DNA from: Telluria sp.
GTDB lineage: Bacteria > Pseudomonadota > Gammaproteobacteria > Burkholderiales > Burkholderiaceae_D
Reading direction: 5' to 3'
NCBI GenBank assembly: GCA_036402435.1
Contig: DASWSX010000078.1
Location: 5,222 to 69,221 of the forward strand
Length of the DNA stretch: 64,000 nucleotides
Positions 10,181-19,870 of this stretch are shown one piece after another. The notes under the pieces were generated by a model, which worked only from the letters and a program-made list of their open reading frames with translations, was not told the origin of the DNA and made no database searches. Numbering within the stretch: the stretch's first letter is position 1; each line of letters opens with the position of its first letter. The position numbers and the translations under genes are program-made.

Positions 10181-11428
10181 ATGAACACCCAAGGCAGGAA
10201 TCCGACCGATTCCAACAACAAGTATGGAGAAGGCGCCAGTGGAAGTGCCCCGACACTGTCGGAGAAGCATTGGGCGCAACCGAAATTCTTCAGTGACAAC
10301 ATCTTGATTGATGCATTGATCAAGCACTCGTTGAGCCTGATGCCCTACGGAATGACCGATTTCGGTGAAGTCATGGACGTGGTGTACCAGCTCAACGGCA
10401 GCGATGAAGAAGCCTGGATCAACGCGTGGGCCGCGCTGGCCAGCCGGCTGCAAGACAGGGCTGAAGAAGCAGAAAGGAAAGGCAAACGGGTTACCGCATC
10501 GACCGCTTACCTCCGGGCTTCGACTTACTGGCGCGGCGCGCTGCTGTACTTCAGCCGGTTCGAAGACAAGCGCATGTGCGAGTACGCGGTCGCCAGCTCG
10601 ACCTGCTACGAGCGCTACATCAATTTATCCGGCTACCCCGGCGAGCGCATTGAAATCCCGTACGAGCACAGTTTTCTTCCCGGCTATTTCTACAGGTCGT
10701 CCCACGCGGGGGAAAAGGCTCCGCTGCTCATCGTCACGCCCGGCCGGGATACCTGGGCCGAAGACACGCGATGGGTCTGCGAGGGCGCGCTTCAGCGCGG
10801 CATTCATTGCATTACCTACGATGGTCCAGGCCAGGGATTCGCACTGAGGTTGAACAATCTCACGTTCCGCCCGGACTGGGAGAAGGTCGTCACGCCACTG
10901 ATCGATTTCGCGCTTGAGAAGTTTCCGAGAATCGACGCTTCCAACATCGCATTGATGGGCTTGAGCTTCGGCGGCTATCTGGCACCTCGCGCGGCAGCGT
11001 TCGACAAGCGAATCAAGGTCTGCATCACCGACCCCGGCAACATCAGTTGGGGGCGCCAGATCATCGCGCAGCTTGAGCGCTTCAAAGAGCACGCGCTGGA
11101 TGAGATTCCGGAACAGCTGAGAAATCTAGTGCGCGATTACGCGTGGAAGCACGGCGTACCGGACTCGATCGAGGATGTGGTGAATGCACTGCAACCCTAT
11201 GACAACGCGTCCATTCTGGAGAATGTGACCTGCGAAACGCTCGTATTGGACGGCACGGGCGAGGTATTCCACGGAGCGAAACCGTTCTACGACGCATTAC
11301 AGGCCCCCAAGAAGTACTTGCTGTTCGATGAAATCTCGACAGCGCAGTCCCACTGCCAGATTGGCGGCTATGCCACCGCGACCGAGTACGTGTTCGATTG
11401 GCTTGCCGAACGACTTGGCTGCGCTTGA
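10181..11428 (+). CDS. Alpha/beta hydrolase (FrsA/DHPON-hydrolase-like)
   Basis: YDGPGQG, nucleophile GLSFG, C-terminal HCQ. Confidence 0.82.
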   Translation: MNTQGRNPTDSNNKYGEGASGSAPTLSEKHWAQPKFFSDNILIDALIKHSLSLMPYGMTDFGEVMDVVYQLNGSDEEAWINAWAALASRLQDRAEEAERKGKRVTASTAYLRASTYWRGALLYFSRFEDKRMCEYAVASSTCYERYINLSGYPGERIEIPYEHSFLPGYFYRSSHAGEKAPLLIVTPGRDTWAEDTRWVCEGALQRGIHCITYDGPGQGFALRLNNLTFRPDWEKVVTPLIDFALEKFPRIDASNIALMGLSFGGYLAPRAAAFDKRIKVCITDPGNISWGRQIIAQLERFKEHALDEIPEQLRNLVRDYAWKHGVPDSIEDVVNALQPYDNASILENVTCETLVLDGTGEVFHGAKPFYDALQAPKKYLLFDEISTAQSHCQIGGYATATEYVFDWLAERLGCA

Positions 11429-11502
11429 TCACCACCGCCCGCCCGCGCCGGTTCGCGCTTTCCTTGTCGATGAATCCATCCAACCCCTACCGGGAGCATG
11501 AA

Positions 11503-12372
11503 ATGAATCTGCCCGTCTCCGATCAGAGTGAATTCCGTCTGGGCGGCAATTTGCTGATCAATCGTCTTGGCTTCGGCGCCATGCGTCTGCCCTGCAACGG
11601 TTTCCGGGGCGCGGCGCGCGATCCGGAAACCGGGCGCGCAGTACTGCGCCGGGCCGTCGAACTTGGCGTCAACCTGGTCGACACGGCCGAGTTCTACCAG
11701 AGCGGCGATGGCGCGGTGCGCGCCAATGCACTGATCCGCGAGGCCTTGCACCCCTACCCTTCCAACCTGGTGATCGCGACCAAGGTCGGCGTGGTGTTCA
11801 ACCCGGACGGCAGCCACCGGCCCGCCACCGGTGCCGAGATGCGCCGGTTGGTCGAAGAGAACCTGCAAAGCCTGGGGCTGGACCATCTCGACCTGGTGTA
11901 CCTGCGCATCGGCGAGATGGCGGTGCCGCACGGCGAGTCGCTGGCCGAGCGCTTCGAGGCATTGGCCAAGCTGTGCGAGGAAGGGCTGATCCGGCACCTT
12001 GGCATCAGCAATGTCGATATCGAGCACCTCGCCCAGGCGCGCTCGATCGCACCGGTCGTGGCGGTTCAGAACCACTTCCATCTCGGCAAGCGCGACGACA
12101 TCAGCCTGTTGAACGCATGCGCTGCCGAAGGCATTGCCTTCTGCCCGTTCTTCCCGCTGGGCGGCGGCTCGCAACGGCTCGACGACGGGCGCCTGGCGCG
12201 CATCGCGGTCCGGCATGGCGCCACCACCGCTCAGATCGCCCTGGCTTGGTTGCTGGCCCACTCTCCGGTGATGCTCGCCATTCCAGGGACGGGTGCCATC
12301 GCGCATCTGGAAGAGAACGTGGCAGCCGGCAACATCCGTCTGACGAAAGAAGACCATGCCGAATTGGCGTAA
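11503..12372 (+). CDS. Aldo/keto reductase
   Basis: RLGFGAMRL, DTAEFY, IATKVG, GISN, AIPG motifs. Confidence 0.93.
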   Translation: MNLPVSDQSEFRLGGNLLINRLGFGAMRLPCNGFRGAARDPETGRAVLRRAVELGVNLVDTAEFYQSGDGAVRANALIREALHPYPSNLVIATKVGVVFNPDGSHRPATGAEMRRLVEENLQSLGLDHLDLVYLRIGEMAVPHGESLAERFEALAKLCEEGLIRHLGISNVDIEHLAQARSIAPVVAVQNHFHLGKRDDISLLNACAAEGIAFCPFFPLGGGSQRLDDGRLARIAVRHGATTAQIALAWLLAHSPVMLAIPGTGAIAHLEENVAAGNIRLTKEDHAELA

Positions 12373-13642
12373 ATCGGGGCATCGCCCTTGGGCCTCTCGC
12401 CTGTTCGGAATCCTTGCGTTGGCGGCGCTTGCCTTGGCCGCCTCGAGCCTGTTGGGTGCCTGCACGACGGTGCCAAAGGTCGATGAGCCGATCGCTTCGG
12501 TGAGCTTCGACGACTACCGAAGCGAAACGCTCATGGCAATGCGCGCGGCGCGCAATTTCCAGCTGCCCGACAAGGAAGCGGAATTGCAGTGGAACGGTCC
12601 GCAGGAATGGCGCCCCGCTTCACAAGGCGTGGATGCGCCGCCACAAAAAGGCATTCTGCTGGTCCACGGCCTGGGCGACTCGCCCTGGTCGTTCCATGAC
12701 GTCGCGCATGCATTGGCCGCACAGGGATTTCTCGTGCGCACGGTACTGCTTCCCGGCCATGGCACGCGTCCCGACGACTTGCTGGCCGTGACGGCCGAGC
12801 AATGGCAGCGCACCGTCCAGGAGCAGGCGCTGGCGCTTGAGAACGATGTCGACGGGCCGGTGTACCTGGGCGGGTTTTCCACCGGCGCCAACCTTGTGTT
12901 GGAGTACGCCTACGGCCATCCAGAGATCGCGGGCCTGGTGCTGTTCTCGCCCGGTTTCAAAAGCATGCCGTTCGACTGGGTTGCGCCGCTGGCTGCCCGG
13001 GTCCGTCCCTGGCTGATGAGCCCCAATGGCTCGTTCCCCATGCAAACCCCAGTTCGATACATGAACGTGCCGACCAACGGATACGCGCAGTTCTATCGCA
13101 CCAGCGTCATCGCGCGGCGTCTCCTGCGCGAGCAGACCTACGACAAGCCAGTCTTCATGGTGGTCGCGCAGCACGATTCCGTTCTCGACACGGACTACCT
13201 GCTCGATGTCTTCCAGCACCGTTTCACGAACCCGCAGAGCCGGTTGATTTGGTACGGAACGAAACCGAAGGCATTGACCGACGCCGCACGCATCCTGATC
13301 CGAGGCGACCGGCTTCCCGAGCAGCACATCAGCCAGTTTTCGCACATGGGCCTGATGTTCTCACCGGCCAATCCGCTCTATGGCGACAAGGGCAGCCTTC
13401 GCATCTGTCTGAACGGTCAAGCCGAACGCGTGGCTCAAGCCTGCGAACAGGGAGTGCCCGTGTGGTACTCGGACTGGGGCTACCGCGAGGACGGCAAGGT
13501 CCACGCGAGGCTCACGTTCAATCCGTACTTCGATTGGCAGACCTCGGTCATGCTGGCCACGCTGGGCAACGAGGAAAGTCCGCGGTCTGTCACCACCAAC
13601 ATCGCCGGGGACTCCAATGCCTCGGCAAGTTCGAACCCATAG
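12356..13642 (+). CDS. Alpha/beta hydrolase lipoprotein (esterase/lipase-like)
   Basis: Lipobox LGAC, LVHGL, LPGHG, GFSTG. Confidence 0.82.
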   Translation: MPNWRKSGHRPWASRLFGILALAALALAASSLLGACTTVPKVDEPIASVSFDDYRSETLMAMRAARNFQLPDKEAELQWNGPQEWRPASQGVDAPPQKGILLVHGLGDSPWSFHDVAHALAAQGFLVRTVLLPGHGTRPDDLLAVTAEQWQRTVQEQALALENDVDGPVYLGGFSTGANLVLEYAYGHPEIAGLVLFSPGFKSMPFDWVAPLAARVRPWLMSPNGSFPMQTPVRYMNVPTNGYAQFYRTSVIARRLLREQTYDKPVFMVVAQHDSVLDTDYLLDVFQHRFTNPQSRLIWYGTKPKALTDAARILIRGDRLPEQHISQFSHMGLMFSPANPLYGDKGSLRICLNGQAERVAQACEQGVPVWYSDWGYREDGKVHARLTFNPYFDWQTSVMLATLGNEESPRSVTTNIAGDSNASASSNP

Positions 13643-13684
13643 AAGCAGCCAGACGGCCCCCATCAACCAGCAAATGGAAGATCC

Positions 13685-14623
13685 ATGAAACGAGTGCAAT
13701 TCGGCCGCTACGGCGGCCCAGAAACGATGTCCTTGGGCGAGCACACGTTGCCGGAGCTCGCTCCGGGACGGGTGCGGGTTAGGGTCAGGGCCGCGGCCAT
13801 CAATCCGCTCGACTGGAAGATCCGCCAAGGCGTCATGAAGATCGTCACCGGCAGGAAGTTCCCGCAAGGCATGGGCTCGGATTTCGCCGGTGTGGTGGAG
13901 CAGGTCGGCACCGATGTCACGGACTTCCGGGCCGGTGACGAAGTGTTCGGCACGGTCGAAATCAAGAAACAGGGCGCCTTTGCCGAAGTCGTCGATGCCG
14001 ACGCCCGCTTGGTGGTTCGCAAGCCTGCTTCCCTTTCGTTCAGCGAGGCCGCATGTATTCCCATTCCGGCAGCGACCGCCTGGGCCGCCATCGTCGGTGC
14101 CGCCAGGGCGCAGCCGGGCTCGCGCATCTTCATCAATGGCTGCAGCGGCGCCGTGGGCAGTGCCGCAGTGCAATTGGCGCTGGCGCATGGCGCGCACGTC
14201 AGCGGCTCCTGCGGCCCAGCCTCCGTGGCCAGCGTCAGGTCCGCCGGCGTCGATCCGGTATTCACCTATGCGGACAAGGCGTCATTCGCATCGAACGGGC
14301 CTTACGACGCGGTGTTCGACACCCTCGGAACGCTGTCCGTTTCCGATGGATTGGCGTTGCTGACACCGAAAGGCCGCTTCGTCGACATCAACCCCACCCC
14401 TGGCAGGATGCTGCGCGGCTTCGTTTCAGGGCGCTACAGCATGGTGTTCGCCACGGCGGGGTTCAAGAACCTGCAGGAACTCGCGGGTTTGGCTAACGAA
14501 GGCAAGCTGCGCTCCTCGATCGGCCTGGAAGCACCGTTCACGGATGCCCTGTCCATCGTCAAGAATGCGGAACTCGGCCCACGCCCGCCTGGCCGGATCG
14601 TGCTGCTCATGCGAGGCAACTGA
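13685..14623 (+). CDS. NAD(P)-dependent medium-chain oxidoreductase (quinone reductase-like)
   Basis: AAAINPLDWKIR, GSDFAGVV, NGCSGAVG. Confidence 0.9.
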   Translation: MKRVQFGRYGGPETMSLGEHTLPELAPGRVRVRVRAAAINPLDWKIRQGVMKIVTGRKFPQGMGSDFAGVVEQVGTDVTDFRAGDEVFGTVEIKKQGAFAEVVDADARLVVRKPASLSFSEAACIPIPAATAWAAIVGAARAQPGSRIFINGCSGAVGSAAVQLALAHGAHVSGSCGPASVASVRSAGVDPVFTYADKASFASNGPYDAVFDTLGTLSVSDGLALLTPKGRFVDINPTPGRMLRGFVSGRYSMVFATAGFKNLQELAGLANEGKLRSSIGLEAPFTDALSIVKNAELGPRPPGRIVLLMRGN

Positions 14624-14658
14624 GACTGCCGCAAGTTGGACGTCTCGATACCGCGTCG

Positions 14659-15654
14659 CTAATGATCGGTTGGAACCCGGCTACCTGCTTGATCGCCCTG
14701 CTCTTCCGGCACGGTGGCCGTTACCGAGAAAATTCCGGCGTCCGGCCGCGCCCCGAACCGCGCGTCACCTACCGTCACGGCGGTTCCTCCAGCGCTGGAG
14801 TGGACCGTCGCAAACGGCAGGCGCGACCAATACAGAAAATCGGCCACCACCTTGCTCTGCCGGGCCGCCAGGGCAATGGCTGACTGGTCCATATGCGTAG
14901 GGACGAGTTGGCGATCCAACGACAGGTGAGCCGACGGAAACCAGCGGAAGTCGCCGAAGCCGTACGCATCCGCCGTCCGCACGATGATCCGGCGCCTAAA
15001 CGGGTCGGCGAGGACCGGGTTGGCCAGCACCTGCAGCGGCTGCCCCAGGCCCAAAGCCTCGAACTGGCGGGCGACACGCTGTTCCGCAACCCGCCCACCG
15101 GCAGCCATAGCCCCGCTGTAGAGCGTGGCCACCAACAGGGCAGCTACCGCCGGGCGCTCGGCTCTGCCTGTGCCCGAGCGCTCGCGGCGTCGGGAAATCC
15201 AGATTCCCACGCCAAGCGCGAGCCAGATCCAAGGGTCGGCGATGAAAAGGACGTCGCCGTAGAACCATCGCTCGGAGAACGGCATCAGAAGGCGGATGCC
15301 CCAGCTGTTCATCAAGTCGAGCAAAGGGTGAGACAGCGCGCCGATATAGCTGAGCAGGAGAAGCTGACCGGGCCTGACGGCTGGCCTCGCGGCCGGCCGC
15401 GGCGCTCTGCGCGTTTGCCATCTGTCGAACCACAGCAGCGCTAGCGTGAGAACCGCGGGCAGGACGAGCCATCCGACCGGGCCGTGCGTCCAGCCTCGCC
15501 GACACACGAGGCCGTTGCCAAAGAAGGCACACAGAACATCTATGTCGGGCAGATTCGCCCCGATCATCAATGCCGGCATCGCGAGCGCTGTCCGGCGCTT
15601 GAGCCCTGCCTGCCCCAAAGCCGCGCCGACCAAGGCATGAGTCAGGTTGTCCAT
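14659..15654 (-). CDS. Membrane-bound metal-dependent hydrolase (YdjM/YbcI-like)
   Basis: MDNLTH, NLPDID, RGWTH, SHPLLD motifs. Confidence 0.85.
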   Translation of the reverse strand: MDNLTHALVGAALGQAGLKRRTALAMPALMIGANLPDIDVLCAFFGNGLVCRRGWTHGPVGWLVLPAVLTLALLWFDRWQTRRAPRPAARPAVRPGQLLLLSYIGALSHPLLDLMNSWGIRLLMPFSERWFYGDVLFIADPWIWLALGVGIWISRRRERSGTGRAERPAVAALLVATLYSGAMAAGGRVAEQRVARQFEALGLGQPLQVLANPVLADPFRRRIIVRTADAYGFGDFRWFPSAHLSLDRQLVPTHMDQSAIALAARQSKVVADFLYWSRLPFATVHSSAGGTAVTVGDARFGARPDAGIFSVTATVPEEQGDQAGSRVPTDH

Positions 15655-15709
15655 TGCAAGAAGCTCCCGGTTAGGTGACCTATGGGGCGAACCAACCCTG
15701 TCGAGAAAC

Positions 15710-16633
15710 TCATGCGAGTGACTCCTCAAGACCAACCATATCGGCACTCTCCCGCCACAATCGGTCCTGTGCCTCACGGTCGCATGCCAGCGCCGAGGGA
15801 TCGGGGAACGTAGGTTTTCCCTTGACCAAGGAGACGTAGATGCGGCCGTTCGGTAGGGAGAGTGTTCCCAGCGCCACGTCGGCCAGCATCCTGCCCGAGT
15901 GTTCGGGCGCATTCATCACGAACTCGGGACGAAAGAGGCCGATCAAAGGGAAGATCGTGCGCATCACGATGCCGAGAATCGCCTTTTGCAGAGCTGACGC
16001 TTCCCGGCCGGCTGCGCCTCCCGCAAGCCCAGGATTGAAAGCGATGACACCAATCTGGCGCGTTACCACCGTGTCTTGCCGGGCCAGGTACAACGCCGTC
16101 ATGAGGTTGCATAGCTTCGAGGCGCTGTAGGAGCGAATGCCGTCGCCCGAGCCACCCTTCGTCGGATGCGCCCATTCCTGAAGTTCCAGCGTCTTGGGGC
16201 CAATCGCCTTGATGGGCGGATCGTGCATGTTGCTCGACGTGATCACCACCCGGCCATGCTCGGCGATGTGCGGCAGAAGGAGTCGCGCCAGCAGGTAGTG
16301 AGCAAGGTGATTGACCGCGAACGTCAGGCCGTAGCCATCCGCGCTCCGCTGATCGGCTGCTGTGCCATGCAAGCCAGCATTGAGCACAAGGATGTCGATG
16401 CGCTTATCACCGAGTTGCCGTATCACGGCGCCGGCAAAGTCACGCACGCTGGTCAGGGAGGCGAGATCGAGCGGGAGAACATCGACGCCTTCCGGCACGG
16501 TGCGGTTCTTTCCACGAGCGCCCACGATGATCCTCGTGCTCGGAGAGGCGACGAGGTCTTGCAGGGTGAATGAGCCAAAGCCGCTTGTGGCTCCGGTCAT
16601 CACGACAACATTTTGCGATTTCGGGGGTTCCAT
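15710..16633 (-). CDS. Short-chain dehydrogenase/reductase
   Basis: TGATSGFG, LNAG, NHLAH, YSASK. Confidence 0.92.
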   Translation of the reverse strand: MEPPKSQNVVVMTGATSGFGSFTLQDLVASPSTRIIVGARGKNRTVPEGVDVLPLDLASLTSVRDFAGAVIRQLGDKRIDILVLNAGLHGTAADQRSADGYGLTFAVNHLAHYLLARLLLPHIAEHGRVVITSSNMHDPPIKAIGPKTLELQEWAHPTKGGSGDGIRSYSASKLCNLMTALYLARQDTVVTRQIGVIAFNPGLAGGAAGREASALQKAILGIVMRTIFPLIGLFRPEFVMNAPEHSGRMLADVALGTLSLPNGRIYVSLVKGKPTFPDPSALACDREAQDRLWRESADMVGLEESLA

Positions 16634-16660
16634 CTTGTTTCTCCTTTGGCGCAAGCGTCG

Positions 16661-17818
16661 TCAGAAACGCCTGCCGATGGTGAAGCTGCCAAAGCTCGGC
16701 CTCTCGCGCTGTCCCTCGAACTCGCGAGTGCGGTTGTAGCGGGCGAAGGCGAAACGCCAATGGCCGTGGGTGATCGCGATGCCGTAACCGATGTCGGCCA
16801 CGAATGGGCGCTTGTTCACGCGGTGGCTAGAGCGGAAAGTGTTGCCATCGAGCGTGATGTCGCGCAGGACCCAGCGCGCATCGGCAGCGACAAACAGGTG
16901 GCCGCGCCAACCTTGTGTCGCGCTCGTTCGGATCGGGGACGTGTTCTCACCGGCGGGTCGCAGCGGCGCCGTCCCGAAGTCATCCGGCAGCAGGTAGCCA
17001 AAACGCAGTTCCATCCCGGAATTGGCATAGGTGGCGAAATTGCCCAGGCTGCCGCCCCAATGTGCAATCGCGTCCCAGCGCCATGGCCCCGAAGACTGCA
17101 TCGGTGCAAAACGCTTGCGTCGCTCGTGGATGAACTGGACCACGGGCTCGTTGTGCAGTTGGTTGTCCCAGCCGTTGAAGCGGTCCACGTCAATGACGCC
17201 ATGCCACCAGTCCTGAACCTCCCTGGCTTTGGCGGCGGGGCCGACGATACCCAGCCGCAACTGCGAGGTGCGCAGATGGTCGCCCCTACGGGCGTTGTAG
17301 CCCACACTGAACATCAGCGCGCCGGCATATGGCCGATCGTCGGCAATGAGTTCGCGTGGCACGCGGTCCGTGGGCGTGTACATCATCTGCCCCAGCCCGA
17401 TGGTCATGTTCAGCTCATCGAATCCACCAGGCTGCAACGTGGAGAACGTGCGATTCAACCGCCTCGCAATGTCAGGCAGGCACGGGTCATCGGCGCGATG
17501 GACCAAGTTGGGTGAGACCAAGGTCAGCAGGAACCCATTGGAATAGCCTTGGTCCTGCCCGAGTCCACCGAACAGGTCGTTATCGACACGCAGATTGACC
17601 GTGGATTCCGCCGCGACCCCTTTGCGGTCACACCCCTCGTCGGCCAGCACCGAACCGCTCCAGAGCACCGCACCGATCGCCATCCATCCCTTCCACGCAG
17701 GAACGGCAACGCCGGCCTGCGCAAAGCAGCCTGCGGGCACTGCCGCCGAATGAGCATGCCGCAGCGCGCCTTGCCTCGGTGCAGTTCCCTTGCCCAAGGC
17801 GGGCACAGCCTTAGTCAT
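16661..17818 (-). CDS. LpxR-family lipid A deacylase-like outer membrane protein
   Basis: DNDLF, DQGYSNG, GQMMYTP, DRPYAG, Q..WH, GWDNQL; C-terminal Phe; start uncertain. Confidence 0.82.
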   Translation of the reverse strand: MTKAVPALGKGTAPRQGALRHAHSAAVPAGCFAQAGVAVPAWKGWMAIGAVLWSGSVLADEGCDRKGVAAESTVNLRVDNDLFGGLGQDQGYSNGFLLTLVSPNLVHRADDPCLPDIARRLNRTFSTLQPGGFDELNMTIGLGQMMYTPTDRVPRELIADDRPYAGALMFSVGYNARRGDHLRTSQLRLGIVGPAAKAREVQDWWHGVIDVDRFNGWDNQLHNEPVVQFIHERRKRFAPMQSSGPWRWDAIAHWGGSLGNFATYANSGMELRFGYLLPDDFGTAPLRPAGENTSPIRTSATQGWRGHLFVAADARWVLRDITLDGNTFRSSHRVNKRPFVADIGYGIAITHGHWRFAFARYNRTREFEGQRERPSFGSFTIGRRF

Positions 17819-18773
17819 TCGGGAACCGCCACACGTTCGCGGTTTCGCCAACGGCAAGGACCCGCTTTCCCGATGCAGGAAGCCCAAGGCGCTCCCACTC
17901 CGCAGCCAAGCGAACCGGCGGTTCGTCGAGCGGTTCGTAGGTCAGCTTGAACGTCCCCCAGTGCATGGCGAAGAAGTACCCGGCACCAAGATCCATGTAT
18001 GCCTTGACGGCCTCCTCGGGATTCATGTGCTGGCGGCGCATGAACCAGGACGGCTCGTAGGCACCGATGGGTAGAAGCGCGGCGTCGATCGCCGGGAAAC
18101 GACGGCCGATTTCCCGGAACCCGTCGAAATACCCGGTATCACCCGAGTGGTAGATGCAGGCAGAGGCTCCCTCGACAACGAATCCACCCCACAGCGTTTC
18201 GTTGGCGTCGGTTAGGCCGCGGCGGCTGTAGTGTTGGGCAGGCACGAAGGTCACCCTCACGGGGCCGATGTCGATCGACTGCCACCAATCCAACTCACTC
18301 GCGGAAATCCTCTTTCTTGCGAGGAACGACGTCATGCCAAGGCCGGCGATCACCGGCGCGTCGGCACTCTTCAAAGACGGAAGGTCGAGATGGTCGTAGT
18401 GGTTGTGACTGATCAGCACCGCGTCGATGGGCGGCAGATTCTCGGGGCGCAGGCCAGCCGGAACATTCCGCCCCCCTGGCCCCAGGGCAAGCTCACCAAA
18501 GACCGGATCGATGAGGAATGACTTTCCTTCGAGCTGAACCAGCCAGCTCGCATGCCCGATCCAGGTCAGACGCGCGCCTTCACCCGCGCCCGGTGGAGTG
18601 GCGATCGCGGCAAGATCGGGCACCACACACGGCACAGATGCCTTTCTAGGTACACCGCGGCCCCGACCTGCAAGACTATCGACGACCAGCATCCGAAATG
18701 CCGGCACCACGGTGCCGGGAGCTTCGCTGCCGTCGAGATTCCTGAAACGTCTGGATTTCCCAAAAATGGCCAT
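17811..18773 (-). CDS. MBL-fold metallo-hydrolase (NAPE-PLD/RomA-like)
   Basis: TWIGHAS, ISHNHYDHLD, PAQH, GDTGY, LPIGAYEP, MHWGTF. Confidence 0.9.
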   Translation of the reverse strand: MAIFGKSRRFRNLDGSEAPGTVVPAFRMLVVDSLAGRGRGVPRKASVPCVVPDLAAIATPPGAGEGARLTWIGHASWLVQLEGKSFLIDPVFGELALGPGGRNVPAGLRPENLPPIDAVLISHNHYDHLDLPSLKSADAPVIAGLGMTSFLARKRISASELDWWQSIDIGPVRVTFVPAQHYSRRGLTDANETLWGGFVVEGASACIYHSGDTGYFDGFREIGRRFPAIDAALLPIGAYEPSWFMRRQHMNPEEAVKAYMDLGAGYFFAMHWGTFKLTYEPLDEPPVRLAAEWERLGLPASGKRVLAVGETANVWRFPND

Positions 18774-18927
18774 AACCGCCCTTCCACATTGATGATGAAG
18801 ATGAACGCAGGTGGCATGGGGCGGACGGTGAACGCGCTAATGCGGACGTGCACTGCATCCCCTTCGTTTCGAGTCGAATGCGATACCCGGCAAACGCCCC
18901 TGAATGGGCGATGCCATGGGTCGCCTT

Positions 18928-19764
18928 TCAGAACCGATAGAGGTAGCCGAGTCCCACGCCGTACTGCGTGCTCTTTTCCACTAGCGGGCTGTTGCGGATC
19001 GAGCTGCCCATGTGCTTGGCGCCCATGTCGAGGAACAGGGTGTGCTTGGGCATGGGCTGCCAATCCACGCGAAGCCCGATCTCGGTATTGACCGTGGAGC
19101 TGCCGCTGTAGGCCGGGCGCCAGCTCTGCGCCTCGTCCGACCTCACGCCGTAGTAGTAGTCCACGTACTTGCTATCCACCCATTCGGCCGCCAGCCGCGG
19201 TGTCAAGCCAAAGACGCCTGCGGTGAAGCGCCGGTCGATCTGCAGCGTGGCCCGCTTTCCCTTGCTGTTGTCCATGGCATCGGCAAGCACTTCGGCAGAG
19301 AGATTGGCAATGCCGGCACGCCAGATGGCAGCGCCACCGACCCAGAAGCTGGAATCCCGATCGCGCATACCCGCGAAGTACGGCGAGTCGCCGGAATCAA
19401 ACCCCTCCACGGCATACCGGCCACGCAGCCTGAACGACACTGGCCCGACCGATGGGAGCTTGACGTCCAGGCCAGGGCCGGCCACCTGAATCCACTTGTT
19501 CTCATAGGTGATCATCGGCAGGCCGCGCACACGGTTGTCGAAGTCGCGATAGACGCGATACTGCATGCCGCCGGCGACGCCGATCCCCCACGTCGATTCA
19601 CCGCGCGCGGTTTCGGCCATCGCCTGACCTGTCGCAGACTTCTTCGTGTCGTCGGTCTGCGCCGAGGCGACGGGTGCGGAAAAAATGCCGGCGAGCAGAA
19701 TCGGCAGCGCCGCGTAGGACGGCTGACGTCGCAGCCGGGTTGCGCAATGAAGGTGTGACGACAT
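18928..19764 (-). CDS. MipA/OmpV-family outer membrane protein
   Basis: Signal peptide, YVDYYYGV, SPLV, terminal YRF. Confidence 0.88.
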   Translation of the reverse strand: MSSHLHCATRLRRQPSYAALPILLAGIFSAPVASAQTDDTKKSATGQAMAETARGESTWGIGVAGGMQYRVYRDFDNRVRGLPMITYENKWIQVAGPGLDVKLPSVGPVSFRLRGRYAVEGFDSGDSPYFAGMRDRDSSFWVGGAAIWRAGIANLSAEVLADAMDNSKGKRATLQIDRRFTAGVFGLTPRLAAEWVDSKYVDYYYGVRSDEAQSWRPAYSGSSTVNTEIGLRVDWQPMPKHTLFLDMGAKHMGSSIRNSPLVEKSTQYGVGLGYLYRF

Positions 19765-19870
19765 GATTGATCCCTTTCAAGGACGACGTGAAAAATGCCT
19801 CTGCCACGCATTGATGCGACGGACAAGGCGCGGAACTGCTCCATCCGGGCGACGACCGGTGCGTCAACCT

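Noticed and set aside
17811-18773. Metallo-beta-lactamase resistance gene
   Set aside because: HxHxDH and LPIGAY motifs fit the NAPE-PLD-like MBL-fold hydrolases, not class B beta-lactamases
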